A stretch of 64,000 bases of DNA from Myxococcota bacterium (GCA_044450765.1 JBIOJK010000007.1:2875-66874); one strand, 5' to 3'. Shown: positions 10,075 to 19,572, counted from the first letter of the stretch. Notes: generated by a model from the letters alone, not told the origin. Numbers and translations are program-made.

Positions 10075-10845
10075 TCAGCTCCCCGAAGACTCGTAGCGCC
10101 GCAGTCCGCGCGAAAAGCACGCCATGCCGGCGAACAGGGCGGCGATGCAGACGAGCGGCGAGAGCCACGGCATCGCGCGCGGCCAGCCGGCCGCCTCGGT
10201 CCGCCCGAGCGCGGCGAGCGCGGGGAAATAGTTCACGAACGCGAGCGGCACGCCGTACGTGATCGCGCGCCGAAACCAGGTGGTGTAGATCGAGACCGGA
10301 TACGAGAGCGCCGCGCTGCCGCCGTAGGTCAAGATGTTCTGCAGCTCGGAGCTCTCGCCCAGGGTCCAGAACTGAATGCTCGCGCCGAACATCACGATGC
10401 CCGCGAAGCACAGGATTCCGCCCGAGACGCCGAGCGCGACCCAGGCGATCGCGGCCGGTCCGAGCCCGAGTGACACGCACGCGAGCGAGAGCACCACGAG
10501 CCCTTGCGCGATCCGCGCGAGCTTGCGCGCCTCGAAGTCGAGCGCGGCGACCTGCAGGACCACGCCGCGAGGGCGGAGCAGCAGGCGGTCGAGATCGCCG
10601 CGCACGAGATACACCGAGAAGTTCTCGAAGCCGCGCAGAATCACTTCCACGGTTCCCCACGACGTCGCCACCATGCCGTAGAGCAGCGCGAGCTCGGCGA
10701 AGGTCCAGCCGTCCAGGTGCCCGAAGTAGCGCGCGAGCACCCAGACCGGGGCGAGGTCCGAGATGACCACGCCGAAGTCGATCGCGCTGCGCAGAGCGAA
10801 GGACGCGCGGTACTGCATGTGCGAGCGAAGACTCGCAGACGCCAT
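10075..10845 (-). CDS. ABC-2 family transporter permease
   Basis: 6 TM hydrophobic profile. Start taken at internal ATG 10845 (MASASLRSHMQYRASF) to avoid overlap with the upstream permease. The start is uncertain. Confidence 0.55.
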   Translation of the reverse strand: MASASLRSHMQYRASFALRSAIDFGVVISDLAPVWVLARYFGHLDGWTFAELALLYGMVATSWGTVEVILRGFENFSVYLVRGDLDRLLLRPRGVVLQVAALDFEARKLARIAQGLVVLSLACVSLGLGPAAIAWVALGVSGGILCFAGIVMFGASIQFWTLGESSELQNILTYGGSAALSYPVSIYTTWFRRAITYGVPLAFVNYFPALAALGRTEAAGWPRAMPWLSPLVCIAALFAGMACFSRGLRRYESSGS

Positions 10846-10877
10846 GCGCAGGTAGAGCTGCAGCGCGTCGAGCACGG

Positions 10878-11681
10878 CTAGCCTCCGTGCGCCGCGAGGC
10901 GCCGCAATCCGCGGGACTCGAGCGCCTGCGCCGCGCCCGCGAGCAGGGCGACCCACACCACCTGGTGTAGTAGGCCGAACGCGAGCCCCGCCCCCGAGAG
11001 CTTGCCGGTGAAGATCGCGACCGGCGTGTAGAGCGTGGCTCGGAACGGCAGCGCGTCGGCCAGCCAGCGCAGGGCCACCGGGTAGAAGTCGAGCGGCACG
11101 AACACGCCGCCGAGGAACGTGTTCACGAACACGATCGCCGACATCTCGCCGCTCGCGGTCTCGCGCCAGAAGGCCGACGAGCAGGCCACGAACCAGAGCT
11201 CCGCCGAGACGGCGATCGCGAGCGCGAGCGACAGCGGGAACAGCGCGAGCTCCCAGCGCAGCGGCGGCAGCAGCCCGTAGACGAGCCAGCCCGCGGCGAA
11301 CACCGCCGGCGCGCGAGTCACCAGGTAGTGGAGCGCGGTGCCGTAGCGCTCCGCGACGTCCCGCCAGAAGAGAGTCACCGGCCGCACCAGGTCCGAGACG
11401 ATCTCGCCGGTTCGCACGCGCTCGGCCAGGTTGAAGCGGTAGTCGGGAAAGATCCCGATCACCATCAGCAGTGACTCCGACGCCGCGAAGTACAGCACCG
11501 CGTCGTTCGGCTGCCAGTCCCCCGCGCTGCCGCGCGCGCGGAAGAATCCCAGCAACACCTGCGCGTGCACGAGCAGGAAGAAGAAGTTCACCGCGATGCC
11601 GCTGAAGTTCGCGAGCCGGTAAGTCGCTCGCCGCTGGAACGCGAGCCGCGCGAACTGGAGATACGGGCGCACCGCTACCAC
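10878..11681 (-). CDS. ABC-2 family transporter permease
   Basis: Hydrophobic multi-TM. A GTG at 11681 is proposed, and the N-terminus is uncertain. Confidence 0.5.
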   Translation of the reverse strand: MVAVRPYLQFARLAFQRRATYRLANFSGIAVNFFFLLVHAQVLLGFFRARGSAGDWQPNDAVLYFAASESLLMVIGIFPDYRFNLAERVRTGEIVSDLVRPVTLFWRDVAERYGTALHYLVTRAPAVFAAGWLVYGLLPPLRWELALFPLSLALAIAVSAELWFVACSSAFWRETASGEMSAIVFVNTFLGGVFVPLDFYPVALRWLADALPFRATLYTPVAIFTGKLSGAGLAFGLLHQVVWVALLAGAAQALESRGLRRLAAHGG

Positions 11682-11801
11682 AGGGCCCCTCCGCGCTCCG
11701 ACCGCCAGGAACGGCGGAGCAAGGCGGGGAGGGGTAGCGGATCGCGATCGCGCCCGCGAGTCGGTGCTACGCTGCCGCGAGCAACTCGTGCGGAGATCGC
11801 C

Positions 11802-12305
11802 ATGGGGCTCGCGCGCCGGCAAGCGACCGCGGGGTCAGCGCTCGTCTTGATCGCGGCCGCCGCGTTCGCGTGCGCGAGGCCGCGCGCCGGCGAGGCCTCC
11901 GCTGCGGCGAACGGGTACGCGCCCGGACTCGGCGAGATCATGGCGGCCCAGCAGATGCGCCATCTGAAGCTCTGGTACGCGGGCCAAGCCGGGAACTGGC
12001 CGCTCGCGAGCTACGAGGTCGACGAGCTCGAGGAGGGCTTCGGAGACGCGGTCCGCTTCCACCCCGAGCACAAGGACTCACCGAGGCCGCTCACCGAGCT
12101 GATCCCCGAGTTCACCGTGGGGCCCATCGCCGCGCTGCGGCAGGCGATCGCTCGCCAGAGCAAGCCCGAGTTCTCCGCCGCGCACGACGCGCTGACCGCG
12201 GGCTGCAACGGCTGCCACGTCGCAGCCGACTTCGGGTTCAACGTAGTGACCCGCCCGGAGAGCAATCCGTATGGAAACCAGCGCTTCGACGTTCCGGCGA
12301 AGTGA
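11802..12305 (+). CDS. Secreted protein with a single CXXCH motif (possible monoheme cytochrome c-like)
   Basis: ATG at 11802. Signal peptide. CNGCH motif near the C-terminus. No family recognised. Confidence 0.4.
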   Translation: MGLARRQATAGSALVLIAAAAFACARPRAGEASAAANGYAPGLGEIMAAQQMRHLKLWYAGQAGNWPLASYEVDELEEGFGDAVRFHPEHKDSPRPLTELIPEFTVGPIAALRQAIARQSKPEFSAAHDALTAGCNGCHVAADFGFNVVTRPESNPYGNQRFDVPAK

Positions 12306-12310
12306 CCGCG

Positions 12311-12907
12311 ATGAGCACCCTCGGGTCGATCGGGCTGAAGGTCTCCACCGGGCGGGCGGTCGTCGTGGTGCTGCGCGGGACTCGCGTGCTGCCGGAGATG
12401 GTCGTGCGCTACGAGATCTCGCTCTCCGATCCGTGGCTGCCTGAGTCACTCCATCCGTATCACCAGGAGCTCGGCCGGTCGGGCACGGAGGGCGAGGAAG
12501 CGCGGGTGCGAGGCTGCCGCGCGGCACAGGCATCTGCGCGCAGTGCGATCCGCGGCCTGGTCGCCGAGATGAAGGCGCACGGTCTTCGACCCTGCGGCGC
12601 CGTGCTGGTCGTGCGCAGCCTCGGCGACCCGAACGCGGTCACGGGCGCGCATGCGCGCGCGCACGCGCTGGAGGCGTCGCTCTACGGAGAGTCAGCGGCG
12701 CAGACGCTCAGAGAGTGCGGCGTCCGAGTCGCGCTGCAGGAAGAGAAGACGGTGAAGGCGTGGGCCGTGCGCGAGCTGCGCCAGACTGCACGCCACGCCG
12801 ACGCAATGCTGAAGATGTTCGTGCGCCAGGTCGGCACGCCCTGGCGATCGGACGAGAAGGAAGCCGCGCTGGCGGCCTGGGTCACTCTGCCAGATCGAGA
12901 AGACTGA
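12311..12907 (+). CDS. Hypothetical protein
   Basis: ATG 6 bp after the upstream stop. 198 aa. Coding-like composition. No recognisable domain. Confidence 0.4.
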   Translation: MSTLGSIGLKVSTGRAVVVVLRGTRVLPEMVVRYEISLSDPWLPESLHPYHQELGRSGTEGEEARVRGCRAAQASARSAIRGLVAEMKAHGLRPCGAVLVVRSLGDPNAVTGAHARAHALEASLYGESAAQTLRECGVRVALQEEKTVKAWAVRELRQTARHADAMLKMFVRQVGTPWRSDEKEAALAAWVTLPDRED

Positions 12908-12911
12908 CTGA

Positions 12912-14195
12912 CTACGCGTGCTTCGCCTGCAGGTCGCGCTCGAGCGTGCGCGCGGCGAGCAGATAGTGGAGCGTCGCCCACGCCGCGCCGACCGTGACGA
13001 TCCACAGCAGTGCGTAGCGCAGGGACTCGTCCCCGTAGGTCGGCTTCAGGTGATCCGAGACGATCCCGACCATGAGCGGTCCGCCGCCCAGGCCGATCAG
13101 GTTGATGATGAAGAGCAGGATCGCGGAGGCGAGCGCGCGCATCTGCGGGCGCACGAGCGTCTGAGTCATCGCGAACGTCGGCCCGAGATATACGCCGCCG
13201 AGCAAGGTTCCGGGAATCGACAGCAAGATCGCCGTGCGCGGATCGGGCCAGAGATAGAAGATGACCGCGAACGGAATTGCGAGCGTCGAGGCGATCGCGG
13301 GCACCCGCATGTACCAGCGCGCGTCGCGCTGGGCCAGGCGATCCGAGATCGCGCCGCCCAGCGCGATGCCGATCACGCCGGTCGTGAGCGCGATCAGGCC
13401 GAGCCACGCGCCGACTTCGAGCTTGTCCATGTGGTGCACGCGGATCAGAAACACCGGCACGAAATACGCGGCGCCGTAGCCGTAGAAGGCGTGCAGCGAG
13501 GCGCCGAAGGACATGTGCAGGAACGAGGGCAGGCGCATCATGAACCCGAGCACCTCGCGCACGCTCTCCTGCGCCTTGGGCTCGCCGGACTTCGGCGCGT
13601 CGAACCCGCCGCGTGGCGGCTCCCGCAGAGTGAGTCGCACGATCACCGCGAGCAGCGCGCCGGGAACTCCGACCGCCAGGAACGCGGTGCGCCAGCCGTA
13701 GTGATGCCCGAGGTAGCCGCCGAGAATCGAGCCGAGCGCTCCGCCGATCGGGATGCCGAGCGAGTAGATCGCGAGCGCCGTCGCGCGGCGCTCGGGCGGA
13801 AACAGATCGGAGATGAGTGAGTGCGACGGCGGGCTGCCGCCCGCTTCGCCGATTCCGACGCCGACCCGCGCCGCGACGAGTTGGCCGAACGTCGCCGCGA
13901 GCCCGGTGAGCGCAGTCATTCCGCTCCAGACGAAGAGCGAGAGAGCGACGATCGTGCGACGCGATCCGGTGTCGGCCCAGCGCGCGATCGGCAGGCCGGC
14001 GAACGTGTAGAACAGCGCGAACGCGATTCCCGACAGGAAGCCGAGCGCGGTGTCGCTGAGGTCGATCTCCTTGCGGATGTCCTCGGCGAGAATCGACAGA
14101 ATCTGCCGGTCGACGAAGTTCAGCACGTAGACACCGAGCAGAACGCCGAGCGCGTAGCGCCGATAGCCGTTCGAGAATGGCATAGGGTTCGACAT
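12912..14195 (-). CDS. MFS transporter
   Basis: 12 TM. MFS motif A-like GxLaDRxGrR. Start at MSNPMPF (ATG 14195), with alternative upstream ATGs to 14237. Confidence 0.75.
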   Translation of the reverse strand: MSNPMPFSNGYRRYALGVLLGVYVLNFVDRQILSILAEDIRKEIDLSDTALGFLSGIAFALFYTFAGLPIARWADTGSRRTIVALSLFVWSGMTALTGLAATFGQLVAARVGVGIGEAGGSPPSHSLISDLFPPERRATALAIYSLGIPIGGALGSILGGYLGHHYGWRTAFLAVGVPGALLAVIVRLTLREPPRGGFDAPKSGEPKAQESVREVLGFMMRLPSFLHMSFGASLHAFYGYGAAYFVPVFLIRVHHMDKLEVGAWLGLIALTTGVIGIALGGAISDRLAQRDARWYMRVPAIASTLAIPFAVIFYLWPDPRTAILLSIPGTLLGGVYLGPTFAMTQTLVRPQMRALASAILLFIINLIGLGGGPLMVGIVSDHLKPTYGDESLRYALLWIVTVGAAWATLHYLLAARTLERDLQAKHA

Positions 14196-14291
14196 CGGCG
14201 GCCATGCTGTCCGAACGCGCAACGGCGAGTCAACCAATTCCGGTGTCGGTGCGGCTGTACGCGGCCCGGCCCGTTCGGGTAGTCTTGCCCG

Positions 14292-15692
14292 GTGCAGCCC
14301 GCCGCCGCGCCTCGCGAGGAAGCGCCCAGCTCGGAAGGTCTGCTCGCGAGCCTCGAGGCGGAGCGGGTCACGCCCTATCTCGGCTTTCTCTTTCTGCTGC
14401 TCTCGACCGCGACCTTGTTCGACGGCTTCGACGCGGCCACGGTCTCGTTCGCGGGACCGGACGTCTGCAAGTCACTCGGCATCAGTGATGCGCAGTGGGG
14501 CCCGTTGATCGGACTCACGCGGCTCGGCGTGATGGCGTCGTTCTTCTTCGTGTTCTTTGCGGACACCTTCGGCCGCCGGCGCATGATGATGTTCACGATC
14601 GTCGGCTTCACGGTCGCGAACTTCGCGACCGGGCTGGTCACGACGAAGACTCAGTTCGTGCTGGTGCAGCTCGTGGCTCGACTCTTCCTCACCGCCGAGT
14701 TCTCGCTCGCGATCATCATGGTCGGCGAGGAGTTTCCCGCGCGGATCCGCGGCTTCTCGATCGCCGTGCTGACCAGTCTGGGGACCGTCGGCGTGATGTT
14801 GATGTCGAAGCTGCAGCCGTACGTTCTCGCCCCGGCGGGCGACGGCCCGCACGCGCTGCGCGACACCGGGCGCTGGCTGATCTCGACCGCGCAGTCCGTC
14901 TTCGGGCAGGAGTCCGCGGTGGAGAACTGGCGCGGTCTCTACGCGCTCGGCATGCTGCCGCTCGCCCTGATCTTCGTCCTGCGGCTGGCCATGCGCGAGA
15001 CGCGCCGCTTCGAAGCCGTGCAGGTGAGTCAGCGCGCCGCGCCGAAGCGGACACTCCGCGAGCTGATCGCCGAAGCGACCGTGCCCTGGCGGCCCGAGTA
15101 TCGCCGGCGAACCGCGACCGTCGCGCTGCTGTGGAACTGCGTGTATCTGGTGACTGCGCCGTCGACCGTGTACTGGGTCCTGTTCGCGCGCCGAAGCCTG
15201 CAGCTCGATCCCTACCAGATCGGGGACATCGTATTCTGGGGCTATCTCGGCGGCGTGGCCGGCAGCTTCGTCGGCGGCTCGCTGATCGATCGCATCGGTC
15301 GCAAGCGCACGTGCGCCGGCGCCTACACGCTCGGCGCCGTCGCGATCTTCTGGCTCTACCACGTGACTCAGCTGCCGGCGATGTACTTCTGGATGATCGC
15401 CACCGTCTTCGCGTTCGGGGCGGGGAACTCCGCGACTCACGTCTACGCGTCCGAGCTCTTCCCGACCGAGATCCGCGCCACCGGCTACGGCTGGACCTCG
15501 AACCTGGCCGGGCGAGTCACTGACATCGCGGTTCCGATCGGGATCGGCTTCCTGATTCCGTCGCTCGGAATCCCCGGCGCGATCGCGCTGGTCGCGATCG
15601 GCCCGATCCTGGGGGCGATCCTGGTGCTGCGCTACGCCCCCGAAACCCGCGGCATGACGCTCGAGCAGATCCAGACGCGTTTGCGGGCCTGA
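14292..15692 (+). CDS. MFS transporter (metabolite:H+ symporter-like)
   Basis: 12 TM. FGRRR motif between TM2 and TM3. Confidence 0.75.
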   Translation: MQPAAAPREEAPSSEGLLASLEAERVTPYLGFLFLLLSTATLFDGFDAATVSFAGPDVCKSLGISDAQWGPLIGLTRLGVMASFFFVFFADTFGRRRMMMFTIVGFTVANFATGLVTTKTQFVLVQLVARLFLTAEFSLAIIMVGEEFPARIRGFSIAVLTSLGTVGVMLMSKLQPYVLAPAGDGPHALRDTGRWLISTAQSVFGQESAVENWRGLYALGMLPLALIFVLRLAMRETRRFEAVQVSQRAAPKRTLRELIAEATVPWRPEYRRRTATVALLWNCVYLVTAPSTVYWVLFARRSLQLDPYQIGDIVFWGYLGGVAGSFVGGSLIDRIGRKRTCAGAYTLGAVAIFWLYHVTQLPAMYFWMIATVFAFGAGNSATHVYASELFPTEIRATGYGWTSNLAGRVTDIAVPIGIGFLIPSLGIPGAIALVAIGPILGAILVLRYAPETRGMTLEQIQTRLRA

Positions 15693-15706
15693 GATCCGCC
15701 GCCGTC

Positions 15707-15721
15707 TTTACATTTCTTTAC
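15707..15721. promoter_or_regulatory. Candidate CpxR-type response-regulator box (TTTAC-N5-TTTAC = GTAAA-N5-GTAAA on the opposite strand)
   Basis: Seen directly: cTTTACatttcTTTACc, 85 bp upstream of the cpxP-like gene and the cpxRA-like operon. The consensus is taken from the enterobacterial literature. Confidence 0.4.
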
Positions 15722-15806
15722 CTCGGCGTGCGAGGCGCGAAACGCTGGGCACCTAGCATTCTCCCCGAGGCTCGGCTCTGCGAGACCTCACACGGAGGAT
15801 GACGGG

Positions 15807-16319
15807 ATGAGTGACTCGGCGCGCTCTCGCGGGCTCTTGAAGGAACTCGGGGTCACGGCGCTCTTGGCGGCCGCGCTGATCGCGCTCGCCGTGGGCTCGG
15901 GGGCGCTGCCGGCCTTCGGCTCGCTCTTTCGGCCAGGCGGGGGCGATCGCTGGGCGAACGATCCGGCCCGCGTGCAGAAGCACGTCGACATCGCGCTGGA
16001 GCTCGCGCTGCGCGAAGTCGATGCGACGCCGGAGCAGATCGCGCAGGTGAAGTCCGTCGCGGCGGGTCTCGTGGCCGACCTCGAGAGCCTGGCCGCGCAG
16101 CACCGCGCGCACCGCGACGCTCTGCTCGCGCAGCTGCAGCAGCCCGACCTCTCGCGCGAGGTGCTGCAGTCGATCCGCGCCGAGGAGCTCGCGCTGGTCG
16201 ACTCGGCCTCGGTGCGCGTGGTCGACGCGCTGGCCGACGCCGCGGCCGCGCTTTCGCCAAAGCAGCGCGCCGATCTGATCGAATGGGCACGCGAGCTGCA
16301 CGGTCACGACGCGCCCTGA
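15807..16319 (+). CDS. Spy/CpxP-family periplasmic protein (LTXXQ motif family)
   Basis: Signal/TM segment, all-helical Ala/Leu/Gln-rich protein of 170 aa located immediately upstream of the OmpR-family RR and HK. Preceded by a GGAGGATGA RBS. Confidence 0.55.
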   Translation: MSDSARSRGLLKELGVTALLAAALIALAVGSGALPAFGSLFRPGGGDRWANDPARVQKHVDIALELALREVDATPEQIAQVKSVAAGLVADLESLAAQHRAHRDALLAQLQQPDLSREVLQSIRAEELALVDSASVRVVDALADAAAALSPKQRADLIEWARELHGHDAP

Positions 16320-16359
16320 GCCGGTTCGGCTGCGGTAGAGTGGGGCGGAGCCGAAGTGA

Positions 16360-17067
16360 ATGCCCGATCGCATTCTGTTGATCGACGACGACTCACGCCT
16401 CTCCGCGATGCTCGCGGAGTATCTCGGCGCGCGCGGCCTGGAAGCCGTCGCGCGGGCCGACGCGGCGAGCGGGCTCGCGGAGCTCGAGCGCGGGCAGTTC
16501 GCGGCGATCGTGCTCGACGTGATGCTCCCGGACGGAGACGGCTTCGAGGTCTGCCGGCGCGTCCGCGCGCGCTCGGACATCCCGATCCTGATGCTCACCG
16601 CGCGCGGCGACGAGGAGGACCGGATCGTGGGCCTGGAGATCGGCGCCGATGACTATCTGCCGAAGCCGTTCAATCCGCGCGAGCTGCTCGCGCGGCTGCG
16701 CGCGATCCTGCGCCGCCGCGGCGCCGCCCCCGCACGCAGCGGGGCGGTCCTGCGCTTCGGCCGGCTCGAGCTCGACCGCGACGCGCGGCTCGTGCGCGTC
16801 GATGGCGAAGACCGCCCACTCACGGCGCACCAGTTCAACCTGCTCGTCGCGCTGGCCGAGAACGCGGGGCGCGTGCTGTCTCGCGACGCGCTCATGAATC
16901 TGGTGCGCGGCGAGTCACTCGAGGCGTTCGACCGCAGCATCGACGTGCACGTCTCGCGCATCCGGGCCGCGATCGAGGACGATCCGCGGCACCCGCGCCG
17001 GCTGCTGACCTTGCGAGGCGCGGGCTACGTGTTCGCGCGCAGGCAGGACGAAGCCGGGGACCTTTGA
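16360..17067 (+). CDS. OmpR-family response regulator (CpxR-like)
   Basis: Receiver domain (DDD..D52..K) and winged-helix trans_reg_C (RGAGYVF). Confidence 0.9.
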   Translation: MPDRILLIDDDSRLSAMLAEYLGARGLEAVARADAASGLAELERGQFAAIVLDVMLPDGDGFEVCRRVRARSDIPILMLTARGDEEDRIVGLEIGADDYLPKPFNPRELLARLRAILRRRGAAPARSGAVLRFGRLELDRDARLVRVDGEDRPLTAHQFNLLVALAENAGRVLSRDALMNLVRGESLEAFDRSIDVHVSRIRAAIEDDPRHPRRLLTLRGAGYVFARRQDEAGDL

Positions 17068-18329
17068 TGCGGCGGCTCTATCTCCAGATCTATCTCACCG
17101 TGCTCGCCATCGTGCTCGTGTTCGCGGTGCTCCTGGCGACCTCGTGGTCGCTGTTCGGGCCGTCGCGCGCGGAGCAGCAGCGCTTCGTCGCGACCGCCGC
17201 GAACGTGCTCGCGCGCAGCTTGCCGCCTGCCGACGCGCCCGCGGCGAGCCAACAGGCAGCCGTCGCGGAGCTGGCCCGGGATCTCGACGCGCGACTCACG
17301 CTGCGCGACGCGAGCGGATCGCTGCTCGGTCACGTGGGCGACGAGCTGCCGGCGCCGAGCTCCGAGCTGCTCGAGGGCACCGCGCTGAGCGCGCGCCCGC
17401 CCGCGATGTTCGCGCTGCGACTGCCCGACGGGCGCACCCTCTCGAGCTCGCGCAGTCATCAGCCCGTCGCCACCGCGATGTTCCTGGCGCTGTTCGCCGC
17501 GGCGATCGCGATCGGCGCGTATCCGGTCGTGCGGCGCATCACGCGGCGGGTCGAGACTCTGCGCGCGCAAGTCGAGGCGCTCGGCGCGGGCGACCTCTCG
17601 GCGCGCGTGGAGGTACGCGGCAAGGACGAGATCGCGAGCCTCGCCCGGAGCTTCAACCGCGCGGCCGAGCGGATCGAGAGGCTCGTCGCCGCGCAGCGCG
17701 GCGCGCTCGCCGCGGCCTCGCACGAGCTGCGTTCGCCGCTCGCGCGCATCCGAGTCGCGATCGAGCTGCTGGGCGGCGCGGAGGGCGACGAGCTCCGCGC
17801 GCGTGTCGCGCGCGACGTCTTCGAGCTCGACGCGCTGATCGGCGAGCTGCTGCTCGCCAGCCGCCTGGACGCGCTCGAGCCGGGCCAGGCGCTCGAGCGG
17901 CGCGAGTCGGTCGACTTGCTCGGCCTCGCGGCCGAGGAAGCGGCGCGCACCGGCGCCGAGTGCAGCGGCGCGCCCGTGGTCGTGGCCGGCGATCCGACGC
18001 TGCTGCGCCGGCTGATCCGCAACTTGCTCGAGAACGCGCGCCGGCACGCGCGCGGTGCGGAGGTCGAGATCGACGTCTCGAATCACTCGCCCGGCCGCGC
18101 GCGCATTGCGGTCGCGGACCGCGGGCCCGGCGTCCCCGACTCCGAGCGCGAGCGCATCTTCGAGCCGTTCTACCGCCCCGCCGGCGCCAGTGAGTCGCGC
18201 GACGGCAGCTTCGGCGTCGGCCTTGCGCTCGTGCGCCAGATCGCGCGCCATCACGGTGGAAACGCGCGCTGTCTCGGGCGCGAAGGCGGCGGGACCGTGT
18301 TCGAGGTCGCGCTGGGAGGGGCAGAGTGA
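17067..18329 (+). CDS. Sensor histidine kinase (HAMP-HisKA-HATPase, CpxA-like)
   Basis: Two TM segments flanking a periplasmic loop. H-box SHELRSPL. N, G1 and G2 boxes. The ATG overlaps the RR stop (ATGA). Confidence 0.85.
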   Translation: MRRLYLQIYLTVLAIVLVFAVLLATSWSLFGPSRAEQQRFVATAANVLARSLPPADAPAASQQAAVAELARDLDARLTLRDASGSLLGHVGDELPAPSSELLEGTALSARPPAMFALRLPDGRTLSSSRSHQPVATAMFLALFAAAIAIGAYPVVRRITRRVETLRAQVEALGAGDLSARVEVRGKDEIASLARSFNRAAERIERLVAAQRGALAAASHELRSPLARIRVAIELLGGAEGDELRARVARDVFELDALIGELLLASRLDALEPGQALERRESVDLLGLAAEEAARTGAECSGAPVVVAGDPTLLRRLIRNLLENARRHARGAEVEIDVSNHSPGRARIAVADRGPGVPDSERERIFEPFYRPAGASESRDGSFGVGLALVRQIARHHGGNARCLGREGGGTVFEVALGGAE

Positions 18330-18910
18330 GTCGCTCGGGTTGCGGGCTCGTGGCCCTCGCCGCGGCGATCGCTCTCGGGTTCGGAGCGGTGCGTGTCGGC
18401 CAGCGCCTCTCCGATGGCCCGCTGCTCGGGCTGATCTCGGGTGGGCCTCTGCTCACGGGCGAGAGAGTCACCGAACGGGACATCGACTGGCCCGCGGTCC
18501 TGGGTGAGCACCCGAAATGGATCGAGCTCCAGCTCGTCGAGCCGCCGACTTCGAGAACCACGGGGGTCCTGGTGCGCGAGGGCCAGCTCTACGTCCCGTG
18601 CGACCTCGGCTTCCTGTGGAACCGGTTCTCGGGACCCATGCACGCGATGGGACATCTGATCCACGTCTTCAAGCGCTGGCACGAGGACGCGCTCCGCGAC
18701 GGACGCGTGGTGTTGCGCATCGAGGGGAAGCGCTACGAGCGCCAGGCGGTGCGAGTGACTGATCCCGAGCTCACGGCTGCGCTCCGCAGCCAGATGGAGG
18801 ACGGAGTCAGACGGTGGCTGTCACCCGGCGCTCTGGGAGCGCCGCCGGCCGAGGGCCCGAGCGACATCTGGTTCTTCCGCATGGAGCCGCGGCCCGCTAG
18901 ACCACCGTGA
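18326..18910 (+). CDS. Hypothetical single-pass membrane protein, family member A (paralog of 41783..42283)
   Basis: GTG overlapping the HK stop. N-terminal TM. Shares DGPL..GGPL, SRTTxVLVxEG..PC, GKRY and WFF+xEPRP blocks with the protein at 41783. Confidence 0.5.
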   Translation: MSRSGCGLVALAAAIALGFGAVRVGQRLSDGPLLGLISGGPLLTGERVTERDIDWPAVLGEHPKWIELQLVEPPTSRTTGVLVREGQLYVPCDLGFLWNRFSGPMHAMGHLIHVFKRWHEDALRDGRVVLRIEGKRYERQAVRVTDPELTAALRSQMEDGVRRWLSPGALGAPPAEGPSDIWFFRMEPRPARPP

Positions 18911-19499
18911 TCGGAACGTGCTTCGGCTGCGCGCGCACGCGCTCGAGCCAGGCGCGCACGGCGGGATAGGGAGCGAGGTCGAACTTCCCCTCGGGCGCCA
19001 CGTGCGTGTACGCGTAGAGGGCGATATCCGCAATCGAGTAGCGATCGCTCGCGAAGTACGGGTGATTCGCGAGCCGCGACTCCATCACGCCGAGCGCCGC
19101 GTACCCGCGTTCGACTCGATCTGCCAGCTGCGCGCGGTTCGCCTCGAGCAAGCCGAAGTGGTGCCACGAGCGGACCACCGCGATGTACGGCTCGTGACTG
19201 TACTGCTCGAAGAACATCCACTGCAGCGCATGCGCGCGCTCGAGGCGTCCCGCGGGCAGGAACGGCGTGCCCTCGGCGAGATAGAACAGAATCGCGTTCG
19301 ATTCCCACAGGTGCGTGCCGTCTTCGAGCCGCAGGCACGGGATGCGCCCGTTCGGATTCTTCGCCAGGAAGTCCGGCGTGCGCGTCTCCTTCTTCAGGAT
19401 GTCGAGCTGCACGAGCTCGAACGGCAGGCCGAGCTGCGTCAACAGGAGTCGCACCTTGTAGCCGTTCCCCGAGGGCTGGAAGTCGTAGAGCTTCAGCAT
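18897..19499 (-). CDS. Glutathione S-transferase
   Basis: Thioredoxin-like N-domain (ESNAILFYLAE) and helical C-domain. Start at MLKLYDF. Confidence 0.8.
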   Translation of the reverse strand: MLKLYDFQPSGNGYKVRLLLTQLGLPFELVQLDILKKETRTPDFLAKNPNGRIPCLRLEDGTHLWESNAILFYLAEGTPFLPAGRLERAHALQWMFFEQYSHEPYIAVVRSWHHFGLLEANRAQLADRVERGYAALGVMESRLANHPYFASDRYSIADIALYAYTHVAPEGKFDLAPYPAVRAWLERVRAQPKHVPITVV

Positions 19500-19572
19500 G
19501 CGCGACTGGGTAACCCGGGACGCACCCCGGCACAAACGAAGACTTCTCGCGCCACGCGATAGAATTCCTCGT

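Noticed and set aside
12682-14205. 507-aa minus-strand ORF overlapping the MFS gene in another frame
   Set aside because: Arg/Asp-rich and non-hydrophobic. The co-located frame at 12912..14195 gives a 12-TM MFS protein.
14472-15523. 322-aa minus-strand and 342-aa plus-strand ORFs inside the MFS gene 14292..15692
   Set aside because: Out-of-frame or antisense low-complexity translations.
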